DNA of 57,131 nt, filler included, from Bipalium vagum (taxonomy: Eukaryota): assembly GCA_037834085.1 (NCBI GenBank). It is 3 parts of 3 records of this genome, joined end to end, with 100 filler letters (N's around TTAATTAATTAA, not from the genome) between each part and the next. Parts side by side here need not be neighbours in the genome. Positions count along the whole stretch, not along the records: positions 1 to 17,650 come from JBBMKC010057244.1; positions 17,751 to 39,537 come from JBBMKC010231952.1; 1 more part is not named here. One strand, 5' to 3'. Within the stretch, counting starts at the first letter, position 1; each line of letters starts with the position of its first letter. A model generated the notes under the pieces. That model had not been told where the DNA came from. It ran no database searches and saw only the letters and a list, made by a program, of their open reading frames with translations. The translations under genes were made by a program, and so were the position numbers. Below are positions 13,701 through 25,900 of the stretch, in pieces.

Positions 13701-16508
13701 CCTCGTCGAACGGAATCGAAACGAATTCCGTATTGATTTCCAGGTTCTCACAGTCGGAAATGACGGCTTCTTCCGTTTTACATTTGCTGTCGGGACTTTC
13801 ACTGAATCTCGGTCGTTTGGAGTTGTATGTGTCATTTGTGCTGCTATTTAGACTTCGACTGCGTTTCGAAGGCCGAACCGTTTCGTTTTTGTTACTCTCG
13901 TTCAAGTCCGGTTTGTCAGAAGAAAATTGAATGGAAAAATTTTCGGACAAAATCGTTGCCTAGACAAGAACAAGAAAATTTCAAATTGAAATAAAATAAT
14001 TATCGATTTTTCTTCAATGCACCCCCACATTTGATGTGACACGTCTCTGAGAACTTTTCTTTCTTATTGAAAAAAAGAATTTTTTGGCCGCACAATTAAG
14101 GGAAAACGACAACAAAAAAACCAGAATTAAAAAATTGGGGAAATAATAATCTCAAATCAGAAATGACCACATTGAAGAAAATGAGACCAAGCTTTATAAA
14201 ACCGTTTAAAGTATTATTGGTGAGAAAAAGTCGACAGTAAATGTCGCTTGAAAAGAAAGCGATGTTCCTCGGAAACATTCCTGACACTGTTTCGATTGAA
14301 ACTGCACGTTTTTTCTTTCATCAAGCCAAATGTGGGGATCATGCACGTAGGGATCAGCTAATAACATCGTACATTTCTATCACATTCGTAAATGTGTTCC
14401 TCGATCAAATGCTTTTTTGTGCCCAAAGTGGAACAGAAAGAGCAAAAATGAATGGACACTTCTCGCTGGATCACGGAATCATCTGGGACAGTACATCGGA
14501 AGCAGTGGTTTATGAAACTGTTCCACTGAATTGTACTGAAATCACATTTCAGACATTCAAGCAACAAAATTGATGGTTTTTTATCGCTCGGATACGAAAA
14601 GCAAGAACCGATCGATAAGAGGAATTGTAAATTAGGAAATTTTTCCATCAATTTCGTATTTATTGACACATCCGGATAGTTTTCCGAACAAGCTAACTGC
14701 AAACAAATAAATAATAATGGAAATTTTTTCGTTGATTGATTTTTTAAATTTTTAATCGATGAATAGAAAAATAAAAAAATATCCATTGGGGAAAGTATAA
14801 TAATATAAATAAATAAAATGAATTAAAAAGTAATGAAAAATAATAAATGAAAATAATAAAAATATTTATTAGATTAAAATTAAAATCAATCAATCAAAAT
14901 TAACAGTAACACACAAATAATAGTTGAAATATTTTTTCGCTGATTGATTTTAATTTTTAATCGATGAATAAAAATAATCATTTAAATAATTTTGCATATT
15001 ATAATATAAATAACTAAATAATAAAAAAATATTTAATGAAAAATATTAAATAATAAGAAAGTAAAGTAAAGTAAAATAATATAATAAAAATATTTGAAAG
15101 ATAATTAAATTAAAAATTAATTGTAAAATAAGAAATGAAATTTTTTCATCAAATTTATTTAATATTTAAGCGATAATAAAATGGATATAAATAAATAATT
15201 TAATTTCATAATAGACAGATAATAAAAATATAATATTAAAGATTTTCGATTTAAAATATATTAAACTAATTAAGATAAGTTAATTAATTGTACACAATAA
15301 AAATTAAAAAGATATCATTGATCGAATTAATTAATTTTTAATTGATAATTAAATTAATATAAATAATAATATTTAATCATAAAATAAATAATAATTAATT
15401 AAAATTATTTTATAGTTTGTTAAAAAATTAATTATTTTATTAATATTTAATTAATAATCGATTAGATAAATATAAATAATACTTATTTATATATTTTTAA
15501 TTTTCTTAAATCAAAAATAAATTATTATGAATGTAATTTTAAATTGATAATTATAAAATCATAAAATGTAAAATTTTCATTAATAATTATTTCCATGACA
15601 GATTTGTTATAAAGTAAACTTTAAACAAATAAACAATAAATTAATTAATTTATTTTAATTTTTAATAATAATAATAATAATAATGTAGACATTATAATAA
15701 TCATTTAAATAATAATAAAAATAATTTTTATTCTTATTAAAAAAATTTCCACAAAAATCGATTTTTATATATAAATAATTGAATTTAATGGAATTTTCTA
15801 AAGATGGTAAAACAATTACATTGTTCATTCTTTTTACAATAGTTATTGTTTAAAATTACAAAAAACAAAAAAATATAAATCAAAATAATTTCGGTCTAAA
15901 AGTTAAAAATAATTATTAATAATTATTAGTATTAGTTAAAATTAATAATATTGTCTTACAAATTGGGTAATTTCAAAGTTAAATGATTTAGTTGGATGGC
16001 ACTTGCGATAATGCTCACACATTTGTTGTTTGGACCGTGATTTAGCAATACAGTTCTTAACGCAACAATTAAACATGACAACCGTGTAGAACTTAATGTG
16101 GTTTATAAAGGGCGACACTGAGGAGAATTCCATGTGACACGAGCTGCATTTGTAATTTAAAACGGAATTGATGTCCGAATGGAGCTTGGCGTGCTTCAGA
16201 TATTTAATTTCGGAGTTTGACGAAAATGTACACAGTGAACAATTATATAAATTGTAACACTGGTGTTGGAAATGCATATTAATATGGCGTTCGCCATTAT
16301 TATTTAATACCAGTAAGCCACAATAGATACATTCAAAAAATGAACGTCTTTCCTTTATACATGAATGTGATTCGAAATCTTCCCAATTCCAAAATGAGAA
16401 ATTAATGGGACAGTCAACACATATAAAACACCCCTTCGATTCCTCGATTCGTGAAACATTGTTTAGAATATATTTATACAATTCTTTTTTATTATTTGAA
16501 CTTATCAT
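10753..16508 (-). CDS. Large multi-C2H2 zinc-finger protein (~1359 aa) with four extended finger modules and poly-Thr/poly-Ala tracts
   Basis: Exons 16508-15960, 14696-14373 and 13959-10753 join in phase 0 through GT-AG introns (donors gtaaga, gtacga; acceptors ttgcag, gtctag). The ATG at 16508 follows an in-frame TAA. Multiple C-x2-C..H-x3-5-H motifs, e.g. YKCSICEYESRFVGNTKGHIVREH. A possible donor at 10765 means the 3' end may splice further. Confidence 0.85.
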
Positions 16509-17435
16509 TTATCTAAAAATCAAAAATTATCATTAAATACATTTAACAGTAACTTTAAAAAGCAAGATTTATTTCAAATTTTACAGACGCCTCTAAAAAA
16601 TTTAATAATGCACTTAAACCACGATAAATATTATGAATTATTTTATAAAATATAATTGTAATACTTAAATAAAAATAAACTAAATATTTTTATAGATAAT
16701 TTTTTTATATATTAATAAGTTAATTGATGAAGTCAAAAATATTAAGATTGCTTAAACACAAAAAAGGTGTTTCTATAATTTAAATAAAGTTACAACAGGT
16801 TCCAATCTTTAACAAAGAATTATAATAAATATATAATAGAATAAGGTTTTATGATAATTCATTCTAAGCTGGCAAGATAATTCTCTTAGAATTGAACATC
16901 ATGAAGTAAAATAGGATATTTTAAAAGAATAGATAAATAACAATAATTTAATGATTTTTGTGAAACCTTTCTTAAAATGTATCACTTCTTTCTTTTTCTA
17001 GAGAATAGAACATAGAAATATCAATGATATTTGGTTGTCGGTTAATTTCGTTTGAATTTTTAGAGTTATTAGGAAGATTAAAAAATTTAAGAAAATATTT
17101 TTTGAACAAAACCAATTGTGCAATTAATCAATGATAAAGTATTTATTGTTTTTATGACTTCCTACTCAGTTTCCAAGTCATTCTCATTTACTAATAAAGA
17201 AATTCCTTGTAAGTTGTTTATTAGAGAACGAAATGAATAGAAGGCCGGAGAATAGAGAAGGTGCGATAGCACTGCCAAGCCTAGATTTTGAATCACCATT
17301 TACTGTAAAATTTGCTGTGTAGGACTTGGGTTCAGTGTTTTTGCAGGTTTTATTTTTGGAACTGTTAAATATTTAAAGAACTTAACATTTTTATTTTATA
17401 TTTTATACTAAAAGTATGGATTAATTTTATAATGC

Positions 17436-17650
17436 TGTTGGGTTTACCAAGACACCCCCCGGGGGAAAAATAAATAATAAAAACTATAAATAAGGTATAA
17501 ATACTACTACTACTACTAATAATAATATTATTATTATTAATATTAATAATTAAAATTAATTAATACTTGAAATTCATTGAAAAATTCCCAGGGATTTTAT
17601 TTTTAAACTACTTAAAAAATAAGATAATCCTCGAAAATAATTTGTATTTT
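17436..17650 (+). repeat. Interspersed repeat terminus (LTR-like, begins TGTTGGGTTTACCAAGACACCCCCC), copy 1
   Basis: Closely similar to the reverse complement of 39638-39838; both copies run into an assembly gap at the same position. Confidence 0.75.
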
Positions 17651-17750
17651 NNNNNNNNNNNNNNNNNNNNNNNNNNNNNNNNNNNNNNNNNNNNTTAATT
17701 AATTAANNNNNNNNNNNNNNNNNNNNNNNNNNNNNNNNNNNNNNNNNNNN
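17651..17750. other. Artificial scaffold spacer N44-TTAATTAATTAA-N44
   Basis: The 12-mer has stops in all six frames and is centred in a 100-nt gap; identical construct at 39538-39637. Confidence 0.95.
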
Positions 17751-17889
17751 AAAGTGTTGTGTGGTAATCACAAAGTTATAAGCACAAAAAGTTTATCGAT
17801 AAGTTCACGAATTGGGTGCTGATTGTGACTTTGGAGTCCTGTCTGGTCGTAGTCTCCACAATAATAATAAATTAAATAATATAAAAAAA

Positions 17890-18050
17890 ATACAATAACC
17901 AAACCTGAAAGCATGTCCACAAGGCAGTGTAGCGGGATAGGGGCGGTGAGGTGGGATCGGAGCGGCGAGTGGGATCTGGAACTTAATAATAATAAATTAA
18001 TAATAAAAAAAAATATACTTGAGTAAGGCAGCAAGAAGGATCTGGGATAG
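17890..18050 (+). repeat. Interspersed repeat shared with 56340-56520
   Basis: AACCTGAAAGCATGTCCACAAGGCAGTGTAGCGGGAT here versus AACCTGAAAACATATCCACAAGGCAGTGTAGCAGGAT at ~56349. Confidence 0.75.
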
Positions 18051-18759
18051 GGTGAAAAAAATAATAAATAATGAAATTACTTGTGGGTTGGGCGCCAGAG
18101 TAATTTGATAGGTGTAAATATAATAGTGGGTTAAAAGTGATAGGACATAGGAGGAGTGGAATAATAAGAATAATAAAAATGATATGATGGGTTAGGGGTT
18201 GTGGAGCATGAAAAAAATAAAAGAGAAAAAAAATAATATTGAGTTTATAATTAAGTCCCATGAGGACTTTACATAAAATAATAATAATATATAGTGATGA
18301 TATGATAATGTAGTATATAATAATGATAATATAATAAAGAGTAATGGTATATAATGATATATATTATATAATAATTTTTTATGACAATAAGTACTATAAT
18401 TGATAATAAAATATGTTAATTAAAATAAAGAAAAATAATAATAAAATTTAATAAAATAAAATAATAAGAATGATAATAACACAAATTTTTTAAAAATAGG
18501 AAATGAAGTCAATGATGATTTGAATGAGTTGGTGAGTCCATATCTAACCTTTATTTAGAATTTTATATTTTCGAGATTAACTCTCGCATTAAAAGTCGAA
18601 CCAAACACTTACAATTATAATGTATTTGTATTGAATTTTGCTTTTTAATTATACTATTGTGTTTAACTTGACGTTTTTCTTGTATTAATTTGTGCAGACA
18701 TTTGATTGATTTTGTTAAAGACTTCCAATAAATATACCAAAAAAAATATTTAATTTAAA

Positions 18760-18902
18760 GGTTGGGATATTCAAATTGCCTGGTAGATGGCAGAAGGTCG
18801 TGGAACAAAAAGAACAATACATAATTGATTATAATATTTATTAATAATAACACTTTGATCTTACTTTTTACTAAAAAATGCGAAGTGACTTTCCGAACAA
18901 CC
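18760..18902 (+). mobile_element. Mariner 3' end fragment
   Basis: KLPGRWQKVVEQKEQYIID (mariner C-terminus) followed by a TIR-like AAAAATGCGAAGTGACTTTCCGAACAACC. Confidence 0.65.
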
Positions 18903-19676
18903 GTTTTTTAATGAAAATGAAGAAAGATCTATTTAGATAAAAAATAATTAATTGTCAAATTGTTAATGAAATTCACAAAAAATTGTTAAATAAATAAATA
19001 AAAAATCTCACAAACTCAAGATTGAGTGAACATCTGGGTCGCTTAAGGACGACGGAGTTCAATAGGGTTGACTCTATATCTTTTGATAGCAATAACATGT
19101 ACTTATGCTCTTCAATAGTTCAACTTTTTCACAATAATTAAAATCTTGGACAACTTTGCTTCTTTTAAAGGAAAATACTCCTGCTAGTCTGGATATTGAG
19201 TGGGGCCTCAGAATAGTGGTTTTATTTAACTATAAAAATAATAGATTCTGGTTTTGTCCTCACTTCAATATCTCAAACAAATAAAAATCTTGATTCTAAT
19301 AAAAAAAATGAGTTTCGAACATCTATGGGCAACGAGGAGTTTAAGTGCAGGTCACGGTCTCAAATCCAGTTTAGTAACTGCTGAGTTCACATACTACTAT
19401 GATTTATATCATTGTAAGTGGTATATGCTATGGTATATTTAAAAATAAATCCAAAGAACTTAATTGACCTATGAAAACGTTACAAGTGTACAACGCTTTT
19501 CATAGATGGTCCTCTCACCATCCCGCGAAAGTTATTTAAAACCCCTATATGAAAAATCTTGTAATAATTGGAATTTACTACAGAATATTTATGTTCACTA
19601 CTCGTTGATAATTTACCAAAAAATAAATAACAAACGATATGACATTTATTACAAAATAACCATTCAATGCTTTTAA

Positions 19677-22353
19677 TTATCTTATTTCAATTTCTAATTG
19701 GCTCAAATTGGCGTACACTTCTGAGGGCATCCGATATGACAACTGGCCGGTAAAATTGATCAGAGCTTCGGCTCGTCGTCGAATATCAAGAAGGAAATCG
19801 TGAGAATTCTGACAGTACTGTGCAGCGGACCGCAGCGTTTTCATAGCTGCTACAAGCAGGCGGGGAAAGAGAGAAAGTACCAACTTTGGCAGCGTTTTAA
19901 ATGATTCAACGGCCGATCGTACTGCGTTGGGATCAAGAGATCGTGGAAGTAACTTGGTCTTGTCCAAGACAGACAACGCCGCTTCAACATCGTTCCCGGA
20001 ACTGAGCGAAATGAACCTGGCAACGGTCGCCACGCATTCCAGTAGCTCTGACGGTTCACTGTGAATATCGATTTGCCTCAACAGTAATTCTGCCTTGCAC
20101 TGCAACCGGGGTATATCGGGATGGTCCCCTGGTAAAGACGTTGTGCTTGCCAATATTTCGGCTAACTCCATCGCTGCTTCATCGAAGCGGCCCGCTAATT
20201 GCAAAGCATCACATGCTTCTTCCATGCGACCAAGCTTTTTCAACCGTCTGGCAACACCATCAAGAACAATATCGGCAACCGGTCCATAACGCGCCAACAA
20301 TCCTGGTTGACTGTGCCCCTGTTGATCAATTCGCCCAAAAAGCAGCTCCAATTGACCGGTCTTAATGGCAAGACTACTGGCACATGTTACGAAGCCATTA
20401 GAATCGGCACCACTGTCACTGTTGCTATCGCTGTCAATATGCAAATCTGACAGCATGTAAAACAGGTCCAGTGCATATCGGGGATGACTGGATTCAAATT
20501 TACTCGTGTAGAGCGTCAGCAAATGCATTATGTTCAATTGATTTAAACCTTCTTCGTCATCTTCACAGCGATTTACTAAACAAATTGGATAAATGAAACT
20601 TTTAAAGTTAATCAGTAAATCAATTTGAAAAAGAAATGAAAAGATCAATAAATGGAATTTTTAAACTCGAGATAAATAAGTCAAATAATTAGAAAACATC
20701 AATTAAAACTCACATAAAGGTGCATCATAATCGGAAATCAATAACAGGTTATGCTGACGTAACACCAGGGCTAAATGGACGGCATGACATCTCAAATCAT
20801 CAAACCGAGCCAGGAAAGCCAAAGCTGATTCAAACAGCTGACAGAGAAGAAGAATTCGACAATATGTAAACGGTTGTTTGTTAGCATGGAAATACTGCTC
20901 GCCGTATTGTTCCGTTATCGATTTCTGGAGCTTGAATAATGAAGTGATCTGATGGGATACCGATCGATCAGCAGTCATGGCAATAAGTTGATTGTTTCGA
21001 GACTGAATGTCGAATTGCAGAGGCCCGTTGGATGCAGCGTTGACACGACGTAATTGGCTTAATTGAAACCACATGAAGTCGTCGATATTGCCAATAACAG
21101 CGCTGTGAGCTTCGCCTCCATCGCAGCCAGTCAGTAAAGAATAAACAAGATTCTTGTAACGGTCTCCGCTGTCACGCACTTGTCGCTTGTATTCAGCGGC
21201 CAACTGACGTGTCTGTTCGGGCAGCAAGTGACCTAGGGTCACCCATGCATCCAAGACTAAATGGAAATCGGCAAGATTACTTGACGCATTCTTGGCAACG
21301 GTAACGGATTCACGGTACAGACCAGCTCGTAAGCATGTAAAAATCAATGGCCACACTGGTACGCCACCCATCACCGATTGATCCTCAAAAATAAAATCTT
21401 CGAATTGTGGAGACTGTAGTTGCTTGGTAACGAATGATGCCACCATTGACAGACTCTCTTTATTTGGTAGAGCATTGGAATGGCTTGAGATATAGAGCAG
21501 ATAATCACTTTCCAGATGTGCCACTGCTGCGATAACCAAATTCTTGGACAGGGTTGAACTTCCATGACGCAATTCTGGGAAATTTTGTCCGCGGTATTCA
21601 GAATCGGTTTGTGATTGGACTGTGCAATATCTTTCCACAAGCCGCGAGATTTCAGATAGTTCTATGTTGTTGTTAATATCGGTTATGCAGTGCAACAATT
21701 TTCGATCTCGAAATTCAGATTGATTTTTCATAAAACGATCGTCGATATAACTGCTCAATTCGCGGGCATATAGTTGTTCTTCCAGGGTTAAGGTAGTTTT
21801 AATAAATCTATTACTTTCGCTGGCAAAGTTAGTTATTCGCGGCTTCACAATTTCAGCCGTAATTCCCAAAGGCAACTTGTCTGAATTCAGAAGCATATTT
21901 AAAATATCGTTCTTCGTTTTTTTCCAATATTCTGATTTATATGCCGTGCACATTTTGTAGATTTCTTTATGACTCTAAATTGGAAATGAAAAATATATTT
22001 AATAAATATTTTTTTACATTTTTTCTGGCAAGATTAAAAGCTGATGAAATGGCTTTTTGTTGTTCACTTTTCAATAAACTAGGAATATCTTCTTTGTTTG
22101 TCATTAAATCATCCGGAGAATACATGACATTAAGCGTTTCCAAGGTTTTAGACAAACCAGTTGATAATTCAAAACTAACTTTATTACCCAAAAGTTTAGC
22201 GGCTTTTATATCATTTTGGGCAGCCCGATTATAAAACGTTTCACCTCGTTTTCGTAACTGTTCAATATTACGATGAATGTGAGGAATTTCATCATCTTCA
22301 AGATTAGTAGCAATGGTTTCTGCTTGGGAAACTAAATCTTCCAAACTATTCAT
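19677..22353 (-). CDS. NUP93: Nuclear pore complex protein Nup93/Nic96 (~831 aa)
   Basis: Exons 22353-22018, 21974-20714 and 20575-19677 with GT-AG introns of 43 and 138 nt, frame preserved. The N-terminus LEDLVSQAETIA..IPHIHRNIEQL..DIKAAKLLG and the motifs PVWPLIFTCLRAG, DRYKNLVY, IDDFMWFQL, LRCHAVHLAL and RAEALINFTGQLSYRMP match known Nup93. Confidence 0.95.
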
Positions 22354-22619
22354 CTTTTAATGAGAATTTTAAAAATACCAATTAGATTTAATATTTAAAC
22401 AATCTTATAATTAATAATATTTTAACTTACAAGGTTATGTAAATTAATTTTAATATTTTTACTTTACAATCAAAGTAGATTGAATCATATTAAATTAAAA
22501 AATTTATTGGATTAGATATTAAATCATCTAAAGAACTTAAACTTATAAATCATTAAAACAATGTGGTTTATAAACATAAAGAGATTTCAGGAATACTTAT
22601 TATTATTAAAATGTGATCT

Positions 22620-22900
22620 GATTTTTTAAATGCAAAACATGCATAAATTTTTCTTCCACTAACTTATGACAGTCTTTAGCTGAGTAGAAAAATCGCTCGA
22701 TGACTCACCAATGAATGAGAATGCAACCAGTGACTTTAAGCCGCATTTTGGGGTCAGAATTGTTGAATTTCTCTTCAAAGCTGATGGCGGCTTTGGAATA
22801 ACGTTTTTAGATAAAGTCAGCATTATCCTACGCCCATTTCTACTGACCGGATTTCGGTGGAATCTTCTTTAGATTAAACTGTTCTTTTTCAGAAGGTTTT
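22620..22900 (-). mobile_element. Possible degenerate MULE-like transposase fragment
   Basis: Stop-interrupted frame ADF..KAAISFEEKF..LKVTGCILIHW resembles the MULE DFE..GCxFH region. Weak. Confidence 0.3.
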
Positions 22901-25900
22901 TATCTTTTTCCTGGATTTGTTTGAGGATTAACATTTACATTTAAATCCCCCGGTCCCCATTAGTTCACAGATTTTGATATCGGTTTTTCTATTGAAGATA
23001 TTTACTAAAAATGTTAAAAAAGGAAAAGAAAATAAAATTTCATGAAAATGACTGTTTAAAGAAAAATACATTTATTTTGTCTGATACAAATTAGGAAATT
23101 TAATTCCTAAATAAATTTTACAAAATAAAAAAATATTTATTTTTGATGATTTTATAAATTAGTCAACATATTATGGAAATGTATTGTTAAGTTACCTAAG
23201 TTTGGGATGTTAGAGAAAAGATGTTAATGTCGGAGCTTAGAGAAATCTTAGGACTTAACGGTTGAAGGTTGCTTTAGGTTGTGTTCGCTTTTAATTAAAT
23301 TAACTGAGAGAAAAATTTCTGGTTTAATACTTGTATTTAAATATAATAAAGTGAATTGATTAATGACAAATAACGATATCGGATTTGACTGATATTTTAA
23401 AAAGTGATTAATTGTAATTATTATTTAGTGAAAATCCTTTCGCTCTTAGGCTCAGAGGTCCTCAGTGAAGAATAAAAGTATATTTCACCGCCCTACTTGA
23501 CGTGTGAAATACAAACAAAAAACAAAAAAAAATACTGGAGAAAGAAATCAAAAAAGTTATTTGATCCTCAGGCCGTGGCCTGAGTATTTATTTATTTAAG
23601 TTAAATAGTGCAAACTATGTCTTGTCTGACAAGACACGCTTGTTAATAAAAATATGAGAATAATAAAAATTAATTATTATTTATTAATCGAATTAGTCTT
23701 ATAGCCCTTTCGGTATAAGCTATTTATTATTATAATGAACTGTAAAATTAAACAATAAAAATACTTTTATAATTTCAAAATTTACTAACATTATTAAAAC
23801 AAAACTTTAAAATAACCAAAATAAATTCAACGCAATAAATTAAAATATATTTACCACTTTGTTGCAAATAATACAACAAGTGATCGCTAATAAATAAATT
23901 TTACTTTTTCTAAAATAAAAAGGGCATATAACTGCTAGAACTCTGTGATGTTGGTTGGCTTGATACTGAACGTTTGAAGACTTTGGTTCTTAGAATCAAG
24001 TTTGCGAATGGGATATTCTTGCCTTTTGATAACTTAACTGTTTCTGTTTTTATGAAGTTACAATTGATTTCTTTTATAGTCCTTCTAATAATTGTAGCAG
24101 TAATTAGTTTTGACAGTCTCGGTAATTGCAATGATAATTGGTTCGGAACTGGGAATGATTGTATGATAAACTTTGCTAGATTGAAATTAAAATAATTGTT
24201 TCTTCCTTTGTCGATTAAATAATTGTTTCCTTCGTTGATGATTTCTCAATTTAATCTTGCTTCCTTGTTGTGACTGGATTCTCGTGATTTCTGCTAATAC
24301 ACGTCTTTGCTATGCACTTTCTTTACGTACTGCTCTTACTGTTATTTTCTCGTGCCCTTTGCTTATAATTCCTTTTTCTTATATATGTTTCTTAAACTCC
24401 TGGTTTTTAAATTTAGAAACTTGCTCTTTCTACTTATATATTATTCTTTTACTTTTTGTTCCCAATTTTATATTATTTTATTTCTTTCTATTTTTACTAT
24501 TTCATCCTTTTTGCCCTAAAATTTTCCTCTTTTCTATTAATAGTAACTTAATGTTACCAAACTAATTTTTAACTAAAATATAATTTTTTTTATAAATAAA
24601 TAATAGGCAATAAATAATAAATATAAAATATAATTATTACATAATTATTACATATTAATACTATTAATCCTCTTTATTAATATTTATATAGTTTTAATTT
24701 AGTTTTACTTATTATTTATTGTATTTATTACTATTAAATTATCACTTTATTTTTTAATATTTTATCAATCAGATCCGATTTTACATTTAATACATATATT
24801 ATTTTTATAAAACATTCATGACATATAACAATAAAACAATAAGCACAAAAAGATAAACAATATTATAAGTTCACAAATTTTAAATCAATTAAAACACAGA
24901 GGGATTATAAACACAGAAGGATCAAAGTTTATGCATCAAAGTTTCGAATCAATTTGAATTTGAATTTGAACTTGTTGCTTGTTGGGTGCTTGATGTTGTT
25001 GCTTGTGGTTTTCCTTGTGGGTTTGGTCGTAATCTCCACATTACATTACATTATTTTCACTACTTATTGGGTAATATGGATTGTATTTAAAAGTCAATTT
25101 CAATAGTTTTTATAGGTCATTTTATGGGTCAAAATATTAGGTTAATTTTTATAATCTTTAGGTCAATTTTTGGGGGCCTTAAAAATAACTAATAAATTAT
25201 TATTTTTAATTGGTACCAGAAAACTAAGTTTCATTTGATTAGTTCTCCTTTATTCTACGTCACTATTCTTCAATGGTTTCAGGAATATCCGCACTTGGAA
25301 TTTGTTCTTTAAAGGTACAGATATTCAAATTTTTCTGGCACTGAAATCCTTGAGCGCCTTTAAATGATTTCCGTTTTTATTGTAATTCTCTTTATTATTA
25401 TCTATTGTTTTCTCATTTTCGTCTCTTGCTTATTTTATTACATTTTAAACGTTTTGAATACGGTCTTAATTAATATTTTGATACCGAAATATCTCAGTAT
25501 TTTTAATTTATTTTATATTTTAACTTAATATGGTAACCTTGTGTTACGTTTTTTAGATTTTATATAAAAGAATTTCTATATAATTCTATTTACAGCTATG
25601 TTAAAATTTTTAATAATCATAATTCGTAACTTTATGTTGCTAATTAATCTTTTATAGTTTTAACTATTAATTAGACATAAATATGACTATCTTTTGATTA
25701 ATATAATTATAATTATCTTATATTTTTTTAATTTTATTTTTATATAATCTTTGTTTTATATTTTTTTATGTTTATAACTTTGGACTCTAAATTTACTGAC
25801 TCTTCACTCATGTTATTTGTTTGTCCTTATAAAAATTACAATAAACTATCACTTAAAAAATCACAATTGCACTCAAGTCAAATCATATAATAGTCAAGTT

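Noticed and set aside
11010-14573. Many short overlapping or antisense ORFs
   Set aside because: Shadows of the GC-richer zinc-finger exons and their trinucleotide repeats.
17695-17706. TTAATTAATTAA palindrome, also at 39582-39593, as a biological motif
   Set aside because: Centred in identical 100-nt N spacers with six-frame stops; an assembly linker.
23900-24540. Stop-codon reassignment suggested by TAA/TAG-interrupted frames
   Set aside because: The four host genes have no in-frame stops and end in TAA or TGA; the interrupted frames are decayed elements.
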